Source: Crocinitomicaceae bacterium (GTDB taxonomy: Bacteria; Bacteroidota; Bacteroidia; Flavobacteriales_D; Crocinitomicaceae). From it: a stretch of 64,000 bases of DNA. The position numbers and the translations under genes are program-made. Of the stretch, positions 18,004 through 27,976 are shown piece after piece (within the stretch, counting starts at the first letter, position 1; every line of letters begins with the position of its first letter). The DNA lies in NCBI GenBank assembly GCA_049611865.1, contig JBMZAY010000010.1:20354-84353 (forward strand), in the 5' to 3' direction. The notes beneath the pieces are model-generated. The model was not told the DNA's origin. It did not search any database and worked only from the letters and a program-made list of their open reading frames with translations.

Positions 18004-18921
18004 TTAAAACTTCGGAATATATACTTGACCCTTCATGAATCGATAATGAAAAGAGAAAACTCCAAACATATACGCATCATTCCATCTGGGATCACCTCTT
18101 TGTAAATAATTATTTCGACCATCAACATATTGAATGACACCGTTCAAATCAGAGTCCAAAGAACGATCTGAAAGCGCTGCTGCAATATCACCATAATTTG
18201 CAGCGATTTCATCCTTTAAATAGTAGGAAGTGCTTACATCATCAATATAATCAGACATCGTATAGCGCAGACTCAATTCAAAGCTGATAGCCATTTGTTT
18301 GTCAATACGATATTTAACGCCGGCACCGAGGGGAATAGCCAATGTATATCTTTTGTAAGGATCTGGACGTCCTGCTAATCCTTGACCTTCTGTACCAAGG
18401 GGTTGAAGCGCTATCCAATCGCCATTATAATTAGCCTTTGGATTAAAGAATGTAAGTCCAACCCCTGCATAAAAATAAGGTGTTAAAGAGAACGCTTTGT
18501 TCCCTATTACTCCACGTAATTTATACCTAGGATGTACTTTATCGGCATAAGGGAAATACTCAGCATATGCAGCAATCTCTCCGAGATGCGAGCGGAAACT
18601 TAAGTTTCTATTGTTTCGGACAAAGTTTTTCGTATGTGCGTCATCCCCACTGAGTAGCGCCCAAAGCACATTTCCGCGGACTGAAAAATATGGGCTAAGC
18701 ATATACTTATAACCCATCATCATTGCCGAACGTGTATGTCTAAGTCGCAAATCTTTGATACCATGTGTACCAACACCTTTAGCTCCACCAAGATCCCCAA
18801 GAAAGTTAGAAGCACCAACTCCTGCATACACTTCATGGCGCACAGATTTCCATGCTTGTCCATAGACAAACCAAGCAGAGAGTAGTAAAGTTAAAGTCAG
18901 TAAGCCTCTTTTCATCCGCAT
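18004..18921 (-). CDS. DUF6089-like outer-membrane beta-barrel, copy 1 (divergent)
   Basis: GVGASNFLGDLGG, NRNLSF, ALQPLGTEGQG, SDYIDDVS, NDAYMF. ATG start at 18921 or 18915. Confidence 0.7.
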   Translation of the reverse strand: MRMKRGLLTLTLLLSAWFVYGQAWKSVRHEVYAGVGASNFLGDLGGAKGVGTHGIKDLRLRHTRSAMMMGYKYMLSPYFSVRGNVLWALLSGDDAHTKNFVRNNRNLSFRSHLGEIAAYAEYFPYADKVHPRYKLRGVIGNKAFSLTPYFYAGVGLTFFNPKANYNGDWIALQPLGTEGQGLAGRPDPYKRYTLAIPLGAGVKYRIDKQMAISFELSLRYTMSDYIDDVSTSYYLKDEIAANYGDIAAALSDRSLDSDLNGVIQYVDGRNNYLQRGDPRWNDAYMFGVFSFHYRFMKGQVYIPKF

Positions 18922-18995
18922 AGTGTACGACAAAATACTATCGTTCTGTTACAAACAAATATAAGAAAATTCGTGTTATTCCTCAACTTGAACGT

Positions 18996-19781
18996 TTAAG
19001 GCGCTAATAAGTTCGTCAACTCTACAAACTTATCCACACCAAGTTGCTCTGGGCGGTTTTGAAAAAGTGCTGCATGTTCACCGAAATCCAAGCCCTTATC
19101 AATGATCATAGGCTTTAGCGAATTACGTAATGTTTTGCGCCGTTGATTAAATGCCATTTTAACAACCTGTACAAAACGCTTCTCATCACAATTCAAGTTT
19201 TGCACTTGATTTCTAACCAATTTAATGACACCTGAATCTACTTTCGGCGGGGGGTTAAACGCTGAAGGCGGTATAGTAAATACATATTCAATATCGTAAT
19301 ATGCTTGTAATAAGACACTGAGAATTCCATACTTCTTTGATCCAGGTTTCTCCGCCACTCGCTCAGCAACCTCTTTCTGAAACATTCCAACGATTACAGG
19401 AATCTGCTGACGATAATCAAGTGCCTTAAATAGAATTTGAGAGGAAATATTGTACGGAAAATTTCCAACCAGTGCAAATGGATCATCACTCATTGTATCG
19501 CGTAAATCCATTTTCAAAAAATCGGCATCAAAAATGGCATTATCCAGTTTTGGATAGTGCTCCTGTAGATACACTACAGACTCTTTATCTATCTCGATTA
19601 CAGCGATTTGATAGTCGTCTTCCCTTAACAAAAATTGCGTTAAGGCTCCCATTCCAGGCCCTATCTCAAGGACTTTATTAAAATTATTTTTCTCTTCATT
19701 TAAGCTTGTAACAATGCGCTCACAGACTGTTAAATCTTTTAAGAAATGTTGTCCAAGATGTTTTTTAGCCCTAACGCTCAT
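18996..19781 (-). CDS. rsmA: 16S rRNA adenine dimethyltransferase
   Basis: AKKHLGQHFL, LEIGPGMGALT, VGNFPYNISSQI, MFQKEVAER, AFNPPPKVDS. Confidence 0.97.
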   Translation of the reverse strand: MSVRAKKHLGQHFLKDLTVCERIVTSLNEEKNNFNKVLEIGPGMGALTQFLLREDDYQIAVIEIDKESVVYLQEHYPKLDNAIFDADFLKMDLRDTMSDDPFALVGNFPYNISSQILFKALDYRQQIPVIVGMFQKEVAERVAEKPGSKKYGILSVLLQAYYDIEYVFTIPPSAFNPPPKVDSGVIKLVRNQVQNLNCDEKRFVQVVKMAFNQRRKTLRNSLKPMIIDKGLDFGEHAALFQNRPEQLGVDKFVELTNLLAP

Positions 19782-20094
19782 GCTTAAAGTCCTTGTGCAC
19801 TTCTAATAAAGTTCTAAAAGCTGCTGTGAATCTTCCAAATCGTTTCATGTGATCTCGTTGCAAAGCGGGTGCAAATTCAGCTTGATAACGTTCATATTCT
19901 GCCATGCTTGGACATAAATATTGAACTGCATAGGTAATCCCGCCTTCTTCGTGACCTAAAACACGAGAAATCTTAGATTCTAAGAAGATTCCAGTATTCA
20001 TTACATCAGGTATATGAACCTCCTGCATCCAGTCTAGCCATTCTTGACTTACTTCTATATCTACAGAAACGGTAACGTTATATATTACTTGCAT
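19771..20094 (-). CDS. DUF4286 family protein
   Basis: IYNVTVSVD, EWLDWMQEVHIP, TYAVQY and FRTLLE pattern; position upstream of rsmA. Confidence 0.8.
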   Translation of the reverse strand: MQVIYNVTVSVDIEVSQEWLDWMQEVHIPDVMNTGIFLESKISRVLGHEEGGITYAVQYLCPSMAEYERYQAEFAPALQRDHMKRFGRFTAAFRTLLEVHKDFKHER

Positions 20095-20132
20095 ATGATT
20101 TACTTTCGCTTACTTAACTGCGAATTTAGGGT

Positions 20133-21965
20133 TTAATTGAATTCAGCGACAATTTCGCGATACTTTTCACGAGCCTCAGCAGTGTACAGACTTCCTCCAA
20201 AATCAAAAAGAATCATCTTGCAGTATTCTCCGGCCTTTTGACGATCACCCAATTTTTCATCATAAATTTTTGCCAAATGAAAGGCAGCATCGTCACCTAA
20301 AATATCATGCGAATAGGATTCAACCACCTGACTGTAATAGTCGATTGCAAGTTCCCAATTCCGCTGGCCTTCATATATTTGAGCCTTCTTAAATAGTACC
20401 TCATCGACCATTGCGTGGAATGGAAATCTTCTTTCTAAACTATCCAAAAGAATGATTGCTTCATCGTAACGATGCTGCGCCAAGAGTAAATCAGCATTCG
20501 CAAATAATTGAACAGGAGCTGTTGTGGTATCCATTCCTAGATTATCCTGCAAAAGTAATGACAACTGCATAGCATCATTAGCAATGAGTTTACTCGTTGA
20601 GGCTTTTAACACATCTAATTGTGCTTTAGCGTACTCAAATTCACCGTCGTAATAGAATATTTTTGCGTTTTTAAATTTAGCTTCGTGTCCGATAACTTCT
20701 TCACTAAATGCTTTCTCAACCTGCATATATAACAATGATGCTTCCCAGATGTCATTTTGTACCACATAAATGTCGGCTTTGAGTATTTTCAGTTCAGCCT
20801 CTTGCTTACCACTTTGCGGAAAACCCATTGCCTGATCAACCAAAGTCATCCCTTTAGCTGTCTCATTTAAGTGAAATGCGTAAATTTTAGCGAGCTGGAT
20901 CATAGAACCTAAACTGTTTTGATTTCGCCCCATTTTATCGAGTGCTTTTTCGAAATCAGCCGCAACTTGAACGACTTCTGAACGATCATAAGTCGCCTGA
21001 CTGGTAACCTGATCGAATTGAACTTGTAGTTTACTTTCAAAAGCCTTGTGATAATATGGAAAACGATCGCCCTGTTCGATGACATAATCGTATGCTTTGA
21101 TCGCTTCTGAGTATGCCTTATTCATTTGACAAACTTGACCAATCTCCAACAATCTTTTTCCTTTCTCCCCCTTTTTACGATCTAAAGCTTTGGTCTGCAT
21201 GACAGCGCCAATAAATTCTTTCTTCTGCAAATAGTACCAGATGAACATTTCATTATAAACTTCCTCATTCGGATACTTCTGAACTTTAACCAAGATTTCT
21301 TGACGCAATAGTTCGACCAGTTCTTTGTCCGTTTCAAAGTCGATGGCACGGGACAGATACTTCTGCACCGTTCTTAAATAGACTGGACTATATTCGAGAA
21401 GATTTAGATACTCATCTAACATATCCGATGGTCGGTCCAACAACGAATAGAGTGATGCTAATTCAAACTGAAATTGATATCCTTTTCTGATTAAACTACG
21501 TCCTTTAAGGAAAGTTTCTAGCGCATAATCATACATGCCTTTGTTCTGGAATAACTCTCCCAAAGACTCGATTCTACTTTGAATAGGTTCTAGATTCTTA
21601 ATCAGATTTTTGTACAATTGATCTGCCTCTTTTTCACGACCTGTTTCTTTGTAGACGTCAGCCAACATAAACTGGTTCTCAATGGTATAGGGATTTTTTC
21701 GAATTCGTTTTTGAACTAGAGTCTCACTCTCATCGTACTTCTGTTGTAAAAAGAGGCATTGAAAATAGCGCTCAAAATACAATTGTGATTCGTATTTATT
21801 ATAAGCCTTTTTATAATAAAGCTCAGCTTTTTCATACTGCCCTTTACCAAAATAATGTGCAGCTAGTTTTGTGTCATTATCCTGTGGTTGCGACCAAACA
21901 TTGGATGCAAAAATCAGCAAGAAAACTGACAATAAAATTTGATATCCTTTACTCTTCTGCTTCAA
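20133..21965 (-). CDS. Exported tetratricopeptide-repeat protein
   Basis: Signal peptide and many TPR-like helical repeats, e.g. AAHYFGKGQYEKAELYYKKA and LFKKAQIYEGQRNWELAIDYY. Confidence 0.8.
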   Translation of the reverse strand: MKQKSKGYQILLSVFLLIFASNVWSQPQDNDTKLAAHYFGKGQYEKAELYYKKAYNKYESQLYFERYFQCLFLQQKYDESETLVQKRIRKNPYTIENQFMLADVYKETGREKEADQLYKNLIKNLEPIQSRIESLGELFQNKGMYDYALETFLKGRSLIRKGYQFQFELASLYSLLDRPSDMLDEYLNLLEYSPVYLRTVQKYLSRAIDFETDKELVELLRQEILVKVQKYPNEEVYNEMFIWYYLQKKEFIGAVMQTKALDRKKGEKGKRLLEIGQVCQMNKAYSEAIKAYDYVIEQGDRFPYYHKAFESKLQVQFDQVTSQATYDRSEVVQVAADFEKALDKMGRNQNSLGSMIQLAKIYAFHLNETAKGMTLVDQAMGFPQSGKQEAELKILKADIYVVQNDIWEASLLYMQVEKAFSEEVIGHEAKFKNAKIFYYDGEFEYAKAQLDVLKASTSKLIANDAMQLSLLLQDNLGMDTTTAPVQLFANADLLLAQHRYDEAIILLDSLERRFPFHAMVDEVLFKKAQIYEGQRNWELAIDYYSQVVESYSHDILGDDAAFHLAKIYDEKLGDRQKAGEYCKMILFDFGGSLYTAEAREKYREIVAEFN

Positions 21966-22524
21966 CTGAAGTTTTTAATTTTTCAATATAATCATCCACA
22001 TAAGGAACGGCATAGTAATACCGTTCTTTTTCCCGCTTTTGTGTCTCGTAAAAATCAATCACAATTAAATCCACCTTCCGCAGCGCTTCTTTTTCCGTAT
22101 TCAAATAAGTTTTTATTTGATCTTCCGTTAAAACTCCGTTACGAATATCATCTTCTAAATCCATAAACTGATTCTTTATCGCATTCAGTTCATCGCTATA
22201 ACTTAACTGTTTATTTCCTAAGTTGGTTAGCGTCTTTCGAATAATTTTCGAATCATTCACATGTCTGCCAAAGGTTACATCCAAAGTGTCGGGTTGATAA
22301 ATTTCCTTAATCGTTTTCTCGTTAGCGATAACGTGATCAACCATTATTTGTAACGTATCAAAATCTATTCCATCGAATAAAGTTTCTAGTGTATCGATTC
22401 GCTTGAGGCAAGAATCAATTTCAGTAAGCTCCGTTTTATATGCTTCTGCTGGATCACATGAAGCCATTGAAAAACCTAGAAAAACCGTTAATAAGCCTGC
22501 AAAAAAAACTTTCATTTTTTTCAT
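21949..22524 (-). CDS. Hypothetical helical lipoprotein
   Basis: Lipobox MASC after a hydrophobic leader; coiled-coil-like composition. Confidence 0.65.
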   Translation of the reverse strand: MKKMKVFFAGLLTVFLGFSMASCDPAEAYKTELTEIDSCLKRIDTLETLFDGIDFDTLQIMVDHVIANEKTIKEIYQPDTLDVTFGRHVNDSKIIRKTLTNLGNKQLSYSDELNAIKNQFMDLEDDIRNGVLTEDQIKTYLNTEKEALRKVDLIVIDFYETQKREKERYYYAVPYVDDYIEKLKTSVEAEE

Positions 22525-22549
22525 TTTATTCGATCAACTTTAAAAATTA

Positions 22550-23821
22550 TTAATCAATTCTGTTAAAACCAGTGTATGGCACTAATACTTCAGGAATATT
22601 AATTCCATTTCCATCTTGGTTATTCTCTAAAAGCGCGGCTAAAATTCTTGGTAATGCTAGCGCACTTCCATTCATTGTATGAGCCAATTGCTTTTTCTTG
22701 TTTGCATCTTTAAAACGTAATTTCAAACGATTCGCCTGATACGTTTCAAAGTTGGAAATTGAACTTACCTCTAACCACTTGTCTTGAGCAGCTGAATAAA
22801 CTTCTAAATCAAACGTCAGAGCAGAAGTAAACCCAAGATCTCCACCGCATAACCTCAGCGTTCTGAACGGCAACTCTAATTTAGTCAATAATCCTTGTAC
22901 ATAAACGACCATTTGATCCAACACTGCATATGATTGAGCAGGGTGTTCCACGCGCACAATTTCTACTTTATCAAATTGATGCAAACGGTTTAATCCACGT
23001 ACATCTTTGCCATAAGAACCAGCTTCTCTTCTGAAACAAGGTGTATACCCTGTTAGACATACAGGCAGATCCTCTTCTTTTAACATTTCATCTCTAAAAA
23101 TATTGGTCAAAGGCACTTCGGCAGTTGGAATTAAATACAAATCCTCACTTGTTACATGGTACATTTGCCCTTCTTTATCCGGTAATTGTCCTGTACCGTA
23201 CCCTGATGCCTCGTTAACGACAAAAGGTGGTATAATTTCTTTGTATCCAGCATCTCTGGCCTCATCCAAAAAGAAATTAATTAATGCTCTTTGAAGTCTT
23301 GCTCCTTTACCTTTATAAAAAGGGAAACCGGCTCCGGTTACCTTTACACCCAATTCGAAATCGATTAAATCAAATTCCTTTGCTAAATCCCAATGTGGTT
23401 TCCAGTTGTCACCTACCGTTGGAATTTCACCTGACTCAAAGACTACTTCATTGTCTTCATCCGTATTACCTGCTGGAACCGATGGGTGCGGAATATTTGG
23501 AATTTCATACAATAGTTGCTGGATTTCATCAGCCAATTTATTAACGCCATCTACAATTGATTTTTCCTGCTCTTTCAATTCAGTTCCTTTTGCCTTAGCA
23601 GCTTGCGCTTCTTCTTGCTTCCCTTCTTTAAAGAGTTGACCAATTGATTTGGACACCTTATTTTGTTCAGCCGAAACTGCCTCAAGGGCTTGTTTTTCTG
23701 CTCTCCATTGTGCATCCAATTCGAAAATGCGATTCAATTGTTCGGTAGCGTCCATATTTCGGACCTTCAAGCGTTCAATTATAGCTTCCCTGTTTTCTCT
23801 GATTTGTGTTATTTCCAACAT
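22550..23821 (-). CDS. serS: Serine--tRNA ligase
   Basis: IPNIPHPSVPAG, LYLIPTAEVPL, CFRREAGSYGKDVRGLNRLHQFDKVE, HTMNGSALA. Confidence 0.98.
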   Translation of the reverse strand: MLEITQIRENREAIIERLKVRNMDATEQLNRIFELDAQWRAEKQALEAVSAEQNKVSKSIGQLFKEGKQEEAQAAKAKGTELKEQEKSIVDGVNKLADEIQQLLYEIPNIPHPSVPAGNTDEDNEVVFESGEIPTVGDNWKPHWDLAKEFDLIDFELGVKVTGAGFPFYKGKGARLQRALINFFLDEARDAGYKEIIPPFVVNEASGYGTGQLPDKEGQMYHVTSEDLYLIPTAEVPLTNIFRDEMLKEEDLPVCLTGYTPCFRREAGSYGKDVRGLNRLHQFDKVEIVRVEHPAQSYAVLDQMVVYVQGLLTKLELPFRTLRLCGGDLGFTSALTFDLEVYSAAQDKWLEVSSISNFETYQANRLKLRFKDANKKKQLAHTMNGSALALPRILAALLENNQDGNGINIPEVLVPYTGFNRID

Positions 23822-23876
23822 GGATAATTTATTTTCTGTAAAAATAAAAATAGTAATCTGGATACGAGTCTAAAGC

Positions 23877-23913
23877 AAAAAAAAACTCCTTGCAGCAGAG
23901 CTGAAGGAGTTTT
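23877..23913 (-). terminator. Intrinsic terminator after rpmA
   Basis: AAAACTCCTT-GCAGC..GCTG-AAGGAGTTTT stem; the plus-strand A run gives a U tract on the minus strand. Confidence 0.75.
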
Positions 23914-23932
23914 AATATCTGTTTCAAAAAGA

Positions 23933-24433
23933 TTATTCGCTCAACGCTGCAATTAATTCTGCCTTTTTCATTGATGAGTAACCTGAAAGACCTTTTTCTT
24001 TTGCTGCTTCCTTAAGCTCAGCTACGGTCATTTTTGAATAATCTGTACCTTCTGCTGCCGGTGCTTCCTCTTTTGCAGGAGCTTCAGCTACTGGAACTTC
24101 TTCTTTTACCCCTGCTTTAGGAGCTGCCTTTGGAGCCGCCTTAGCTTTAGGAGCTTTTGGTTCTACTGTTACGTTTTCTTCGAAAGGTACGATAGAAACA
24201 AAAGATCTATTGTTTGCTTTCTTTACGAATTTTACTAGACCATCAGTCAAAGCAAATAAGGTATGGTCTTTTCCCATTCCTACATTATCACCTGGGTGAT
24301 GCTTCGTTCCTCTTTGTCTAACAATAATGTTACCGGCAATAGCCGCTTGTCCACCAAAGATTTTAACCCCAAGGCGTTTCGATTCTGACTCTCTACCGTT
24401 CTTCGATGATCCGACTCCTTTCTTATGTGCCAT
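23933..24433 (-). CDS. rpmA: 50S ribosomal protein L27 with an 80-aa C-terminal extension ending in a Rho-N-like domain
   Basis: aa 1-86 are L27 ([36 protein letters not shown]). They are followed by an Ala/Lys/Pro/Glu linker and [34 protein letters not shown]. Confidence 0.96.
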   Translation of the reverse strand: MAHKKGVGSSKNGRESESKRLGVKIFGGQAAIAGNIIVRQRGTKHHPGDNVGMGKDHTLFALTDGLVKFVKKANNRSFVSIVPFEENVTVEPKAPKAKAAPKAAPKAGVKEEVPVAEAPAKEEAPAAEGTDYSKMTVAELKEAAKEKGLSGYSSMKKAELIAALSE

Positions 24434-24475
24434 AATTTTATGTGTTTAAAATTTCTCGGAAGAAACTTTCAATTC

Positions 24476-24787
24476 TTAACCTTTAATGTTTTCGATCTTG
24501 ATCTCAGTTAAATACTGTCTGTGACCATTTTTCTTCTTGTAACCTTTTCTTCTTTTCTTCTTGAAAACGATTACTTTGTCTCCTTTTAAGTGTCTAACGA
24601 CCGAAGCTGAAACTTTAGCTCCTTGGATAGCTGGGGCGCCCACATTCACTTTTCCGTCATTATCAATAAGAAGTACATTATCAAAATCAACTTTTGATCC
24701 TTCGTCTTCTTTCAATCTATGAACGAAAATCTGCTGGTCTTTCTCAACTTTAAATTGTTGGCCTGCTATTTCTACAATTGCGTACAT
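24476..24787 (-). CDS. rplU: 50S ribosomal protein L21
   Basis: [37 protein letters not shown]. True start at 24787; a TACTTTTG element lies at 24821-24828. Confidence 0.98.
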   Translation of the reverse strand: MYAIVEIAGQQFKVEKDQQIFVHRLKEDEGSKVDFDNVLLIDNDGKVNVGAPAIQGAKVSASVVRHLKGDKVIVFKKKRRKGYKKKNGHRQYLTEIKIENIKG

Positions 24788-24850
24788 AACAAATTTTCTA
24801 TTAATTTTTAAATCGGACGACAAAAGTAGTGATTTAATTTTAAACAATCA

Positions 24851-25768
24851 CTATTGCGCAGCTTTATTTACGGTTCCTTTCCCTTTTTTGTTCATGAAAT
24901 ACACACCAACGAGTATTATTAACATCCAAATTACCGCTTCTATCTCAAATTTCGACTCGGTAAAAAAGCCAATAATAACAGCTACTGCGGGTATTAAATA
25001 AGTCACCGCAGAGGCAAAAATATGATTTGCGATACTCACGAGTTTTGTAAAAATAAAAACGGCGAAAGCCGTACCTACTATACTGAGAATTGCAAGATAA
25101 AATATTGACTTCAAACCGTCTGGATGATTTGTAATAGGATGAAATGCATCAACACTCACGGCAACGATTATTCCGGGAAAGAAAATAATAAAGAATGAAA
25201 GCGAGGTGATAACATGCGGTTTCACATCAGCTAATTTAAACTTAATTGTGGTAAGGCTAATTGCATAACAGAGCGTAGCTAATAATACGAGTAATGCATA
25301 TTGGACATCTTCCCATTCAAAAGCAAGTTTTGCGTTTAATACACCATACAATCCGATTACACCTATTGCCATACCCAGCAATTGTTTCCAAGTTGGCTTA
25401 ACATGATAAATAATCACACCAAGAATCACAACAAAAAAAGAGGTTCCCATATTGAGTATACCAGCAAGAGATGGGGCAATTCTTGTTTCAGCGACTGTGA
25501 ATAAAAAGGCCGGCAAAAAATTACCGCATACACCAACGATCATTAACCACCAAAACTTCTTTGTGCCTAATATTTTAAGGTGGCGCCATGCAAAAGGCAT
25601 TAGGGCGAAAGCTGCAATTATTACACGCAAACTTCCTACTTGAAATGGCCCCATCACCCTTTCATCCGCTGTTATTGGATGCATACTTCTATCCATCAAG
25701 ATAAAAGAACTCCCCCAAATTAAAGCGAGGCTTATTAGCAGTAGCCAAGAGCGTTTTTCGTTGGTCAT
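24851..25768 (-). CDS. DMT/EamA family transporter
   Basis: LIWGSSFILM, GNFLPAFLF, about 10 TM segments in two repeats, SAVTYLIPAVA. Confidence 0.88.
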   Translation of the reverse strand: MTNEKRSWLLLISLALIWGSSFILMDRSMHPITADERVMGPFQVGSLRVIIAAFALMPFAWRHLKILGTKKFWWLMIVGVCGNFLPAFLFTVAETRIAPSLAGILNMGTSFFVVILGVIIYHVKPTWKQLLGMAIGVIGLYGVLNAKLAFEWEDVQYALLVLLATLCYAISLTTIKFKLADVKPHVITSLSFFIIFFPGIIVAVSVDAFHPITNHPDGLKSIFYLAILSIVGTAFAVFIFTKLVSIANHIFASAVTYLIPAVAVIIGFFTESKFEIEAVIWMLIILVGVYFMNKKGKGTVNKAAQ

Positions 25769-25884
25769 TGTGCAAAATTACGGCCTTTTATCGAGGTGCG
25801 GATTTTTTTTCAAAAGAATTAAATTTGACCTTAGTTAAATGAATATTATTTCTACTTTTATGACGCTAAATTAAAACCTTGAGT

Positions 25885-26499
25885 ATGCATATAGCGGTAG
25901 CAGGAAATATTGGATCTGGTAAAACAACTTTAACAAAATTATTGGCAAAACATTATGGGTGGGACACTCATTTTGAAGATGTTGAACAAAATCCATACTT
26001 GAATGACTTTTATGAAGACATGCAGCGTTGGTCATTCAATTTGCAAATTTATTACCTCAACAGTCGCTTTACTCAAATACAGGAAATCAAATCGCAAACA
26101 GATAATGTCATTCAGGATCGAACGATCTATGAAGACGCTTACATTTTCGCTCCCAACTTGCATTCAATGGGTTTGATGACCACTCGTGATTTTGAAAATT
26201 ATTTTTCTCTTTTTAACCTACTTGAGTCTTTCATCTCAGCACCTGATGTTCTTATATACCTTAAAGCAAGCGTGCCAACGCTAGTCAACCAAATTCAGAA
26301 ACGCGGAAGAGACTACGAAGAAAGTATTCGATTGGATTATCTAAAAAGATTGAACGAACGCTATGAAGCTTGGATTTCAACCTACGACAAAGGTAAATTG
26401 ATTGTTATTGATGTGGACGACAATAACTTCCACGAAAATGCAGATGATCTTGGAAAGATTATTCATGCGATTGATGCGGAGATTAACGGGTTGTTTTAA
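25885..26499 (+). CDS. Deoxynucleoside kinase
   Basis: P-loop IAVAGNIGSGKTT, WSFNLQIY, IQDRTIYED, QKRGRDYE. A TAAATTTG element lies at 25820-25827. Confidence 0.9.
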   Translation: MHIAVAGNIGSGKTTLTKLLAKHYGWDTHFEDVEQNPYLNDFYEDMQRWSFNLQIYYLNSRFTQIQEIKSQTDNVIQDRTIYEDAYIFAPNLHSMGLMTTRDFENYFSLFNLLESFISAPDVLIYLKASVPTLVNQIQKRGRDYEESIRLDYLKRLNERYEAWISTYDKGKLIVIDVDDNNFHENADDLGKIIHAIDAEINGLF

Positions 26500-26512
26500 T
26501 CACTAAAGACTT

Positions 26513-27076
26513 TTGATACAATTTAGTTTAATAGCGCTTGGTTTACTTGGCCTGGCGTTAATTATTCTTTCAACCATTTGGAGATTGAGATGGATTAGAG
26601 CGAAAACAATTGTGCAATTCCCTCTTCAAAAAGGTCAAATGACTTTCGACATTGCAGAACCAGGCGATTATGCGTTGTGTTTTTATGAGGCCAGAACTGC
26701 CAAAGCAGATGGCAATTTCGGATTTGAAATCATTTACAAGCCAAAAAATCTAATCATTGAAACAAAAGAGATTTTGTTGAAGCCACAGTTTTTCAAAAAT
26801 TCGGGTGTCGGCGTGGAATTCTGCTATTTCCATTTGGAAGATGTAGGTGAATACACAGTTCGCTTTCAAAACTCTGAAGATTTGATTTTGAAAAATTCGA
26901 TGCTTAGATTAGTCCGCTTTTTTCAGAAAAGCATTCCTATCCATTCGGTTGAAGTCCTTATCAAGGGATCATTACCCACTTGGAAGAAAATTCTTACGCT
27001 TGTTTTTCTGGTATTCGGCATAAATTTAATGGCATGGGGGATTGTAGCAATATTTCATCCCGAAATGTTTGCATAA
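26513..27076 (+). CDS. Hypothetical membrane protein with N- and C-terminal TM helices
   Basis: 187-aa ORF with a TTG start filling the gap between the kinase and proC; no family recognised. Confidence 0.6.
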   Translation: MIQFSLIALGLLGLALIILSTIWRLRWIRAKTIVQFPLQKGQMTFDIAEPGDYALCFYEARTAKADGNFGFEIIYKPKNLIIETKEILLKPQFFKNSGVGVEFCYFHLEDVGEYTVRFQNSEDLILKNSMLRLVRFFQKSIPIHSVEVLIKGSLPTWKKILTLVFLVFGINLMAWGIVAIFHPEMFA

Positions 27077-27134
27077 AACGCCAATTGAATCAATTGGATA
27101 CGCTACATTTGCGCCGCAATCTATACTTTGAGCA

Positions 27135-27929
27135 ATGAAAAACATAAAAGTAGCGATCATTGGGTGCGGCAATCTTGGTTTATCCATCCTGAATGGACTG
27201 TTGGACAATGAGTCGGTTGATCCGTCAAACATAGCTGTAACAAAGCGAAACATAGCATCAATTTTGAGCTATGAATCGAAAGGAGTTTTTGTTACTGATG
27301 ATAATGTTAAAGCGGTCGAGAATTCTGAAATTATTATTATCGCTCTGAAGCCATATAATATCCTAAAAGTTATTGAAAACATCAGTCCTGTTTTAGATCC
27401 TAAAAAACATTTGCTTGTTTCTCTGGCAACCGGTATTTCTGTTTCTGAAATCGCTAAAATAGTTCCAGTAGACTTACCTGTTTTTAGAGCGATGCCCAAT
27501 ACAGCTGCGGATGTAGAGAATTCCATGACTTGTATTTGTTCTATCTCAAAAAACACCCAAGAGATTTCCTTGATTAAAGACACATTCAATGCAATCGGAG
27601 AAACGATTGTTATTGACGAAGGTTTGATGGACGCAGCAACTGTTCTGGGGGCGTGTGGCATTGCCTATGTGATGCGTTTTATTCGCGGCATGATTCAAGG
27701 AGGAATTCAAATTGGATTTGATGCCAAAACAGCGAGCGCTATCGTTACACAAACCGTCAAAGGAGCTGCTGAACTTTTAGACCAAAACAAGCAACATCCC
27801 GAATATGAAATCGACAAAGTGACGACTCCAAAAGGATGCACGATTAAAGGTCTGAATGAAATGGAACACAATGGTTTTAGTTCTGCACTGATTAGAGGAA
27901 TTGTGGCGTCTTACGAAGCGATTGATTAA
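27135..27929 (+). CDS. proC: Pyrroline-5-carboxylate reductase
   Basis: IIGCGNLG, IALKP, RAMPNTA, GACGIAY, DKVTTPKGCTI. Confidence 0.95.
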   Translation: MKNIKVAIIGCGNLGLSILNGLLDNESVDPSNIAVTKRNIASILSYESKGVFVTDDNVKAVENSEIIIIALKPYNILKVIENISPVLDPKKHLLVSLATGISVSEIAKIVPVDLPVFRAMPNTAADVENSMTCICSISKNTQEISLIKDTFNAIGETIVIDEGLMDAATVLGACGIAYVMRFIRGMIQGGIQIGFDAKTASAIVTQTVKGAAELLDQNKQHPEYEIDKVTTPKGCTIKGLNEMEHNGFSSALIRGIVASYEAID

Positions 27930-27964
27930 TTTGGAATATTCAAAGATAGCTATTCCCTTTTCAC

Positions 27965-27972
27965 TAAATTTG
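27965..27972 (+). promoter_or_regulatory. -7 promoter element (TAAATTTG) 4 nt before the engB ATG
   Basis: Sequence reads TAAATTTG-CACC-ATG. Confidence 0.6.
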
Positions 27973-27976
27973 CACC

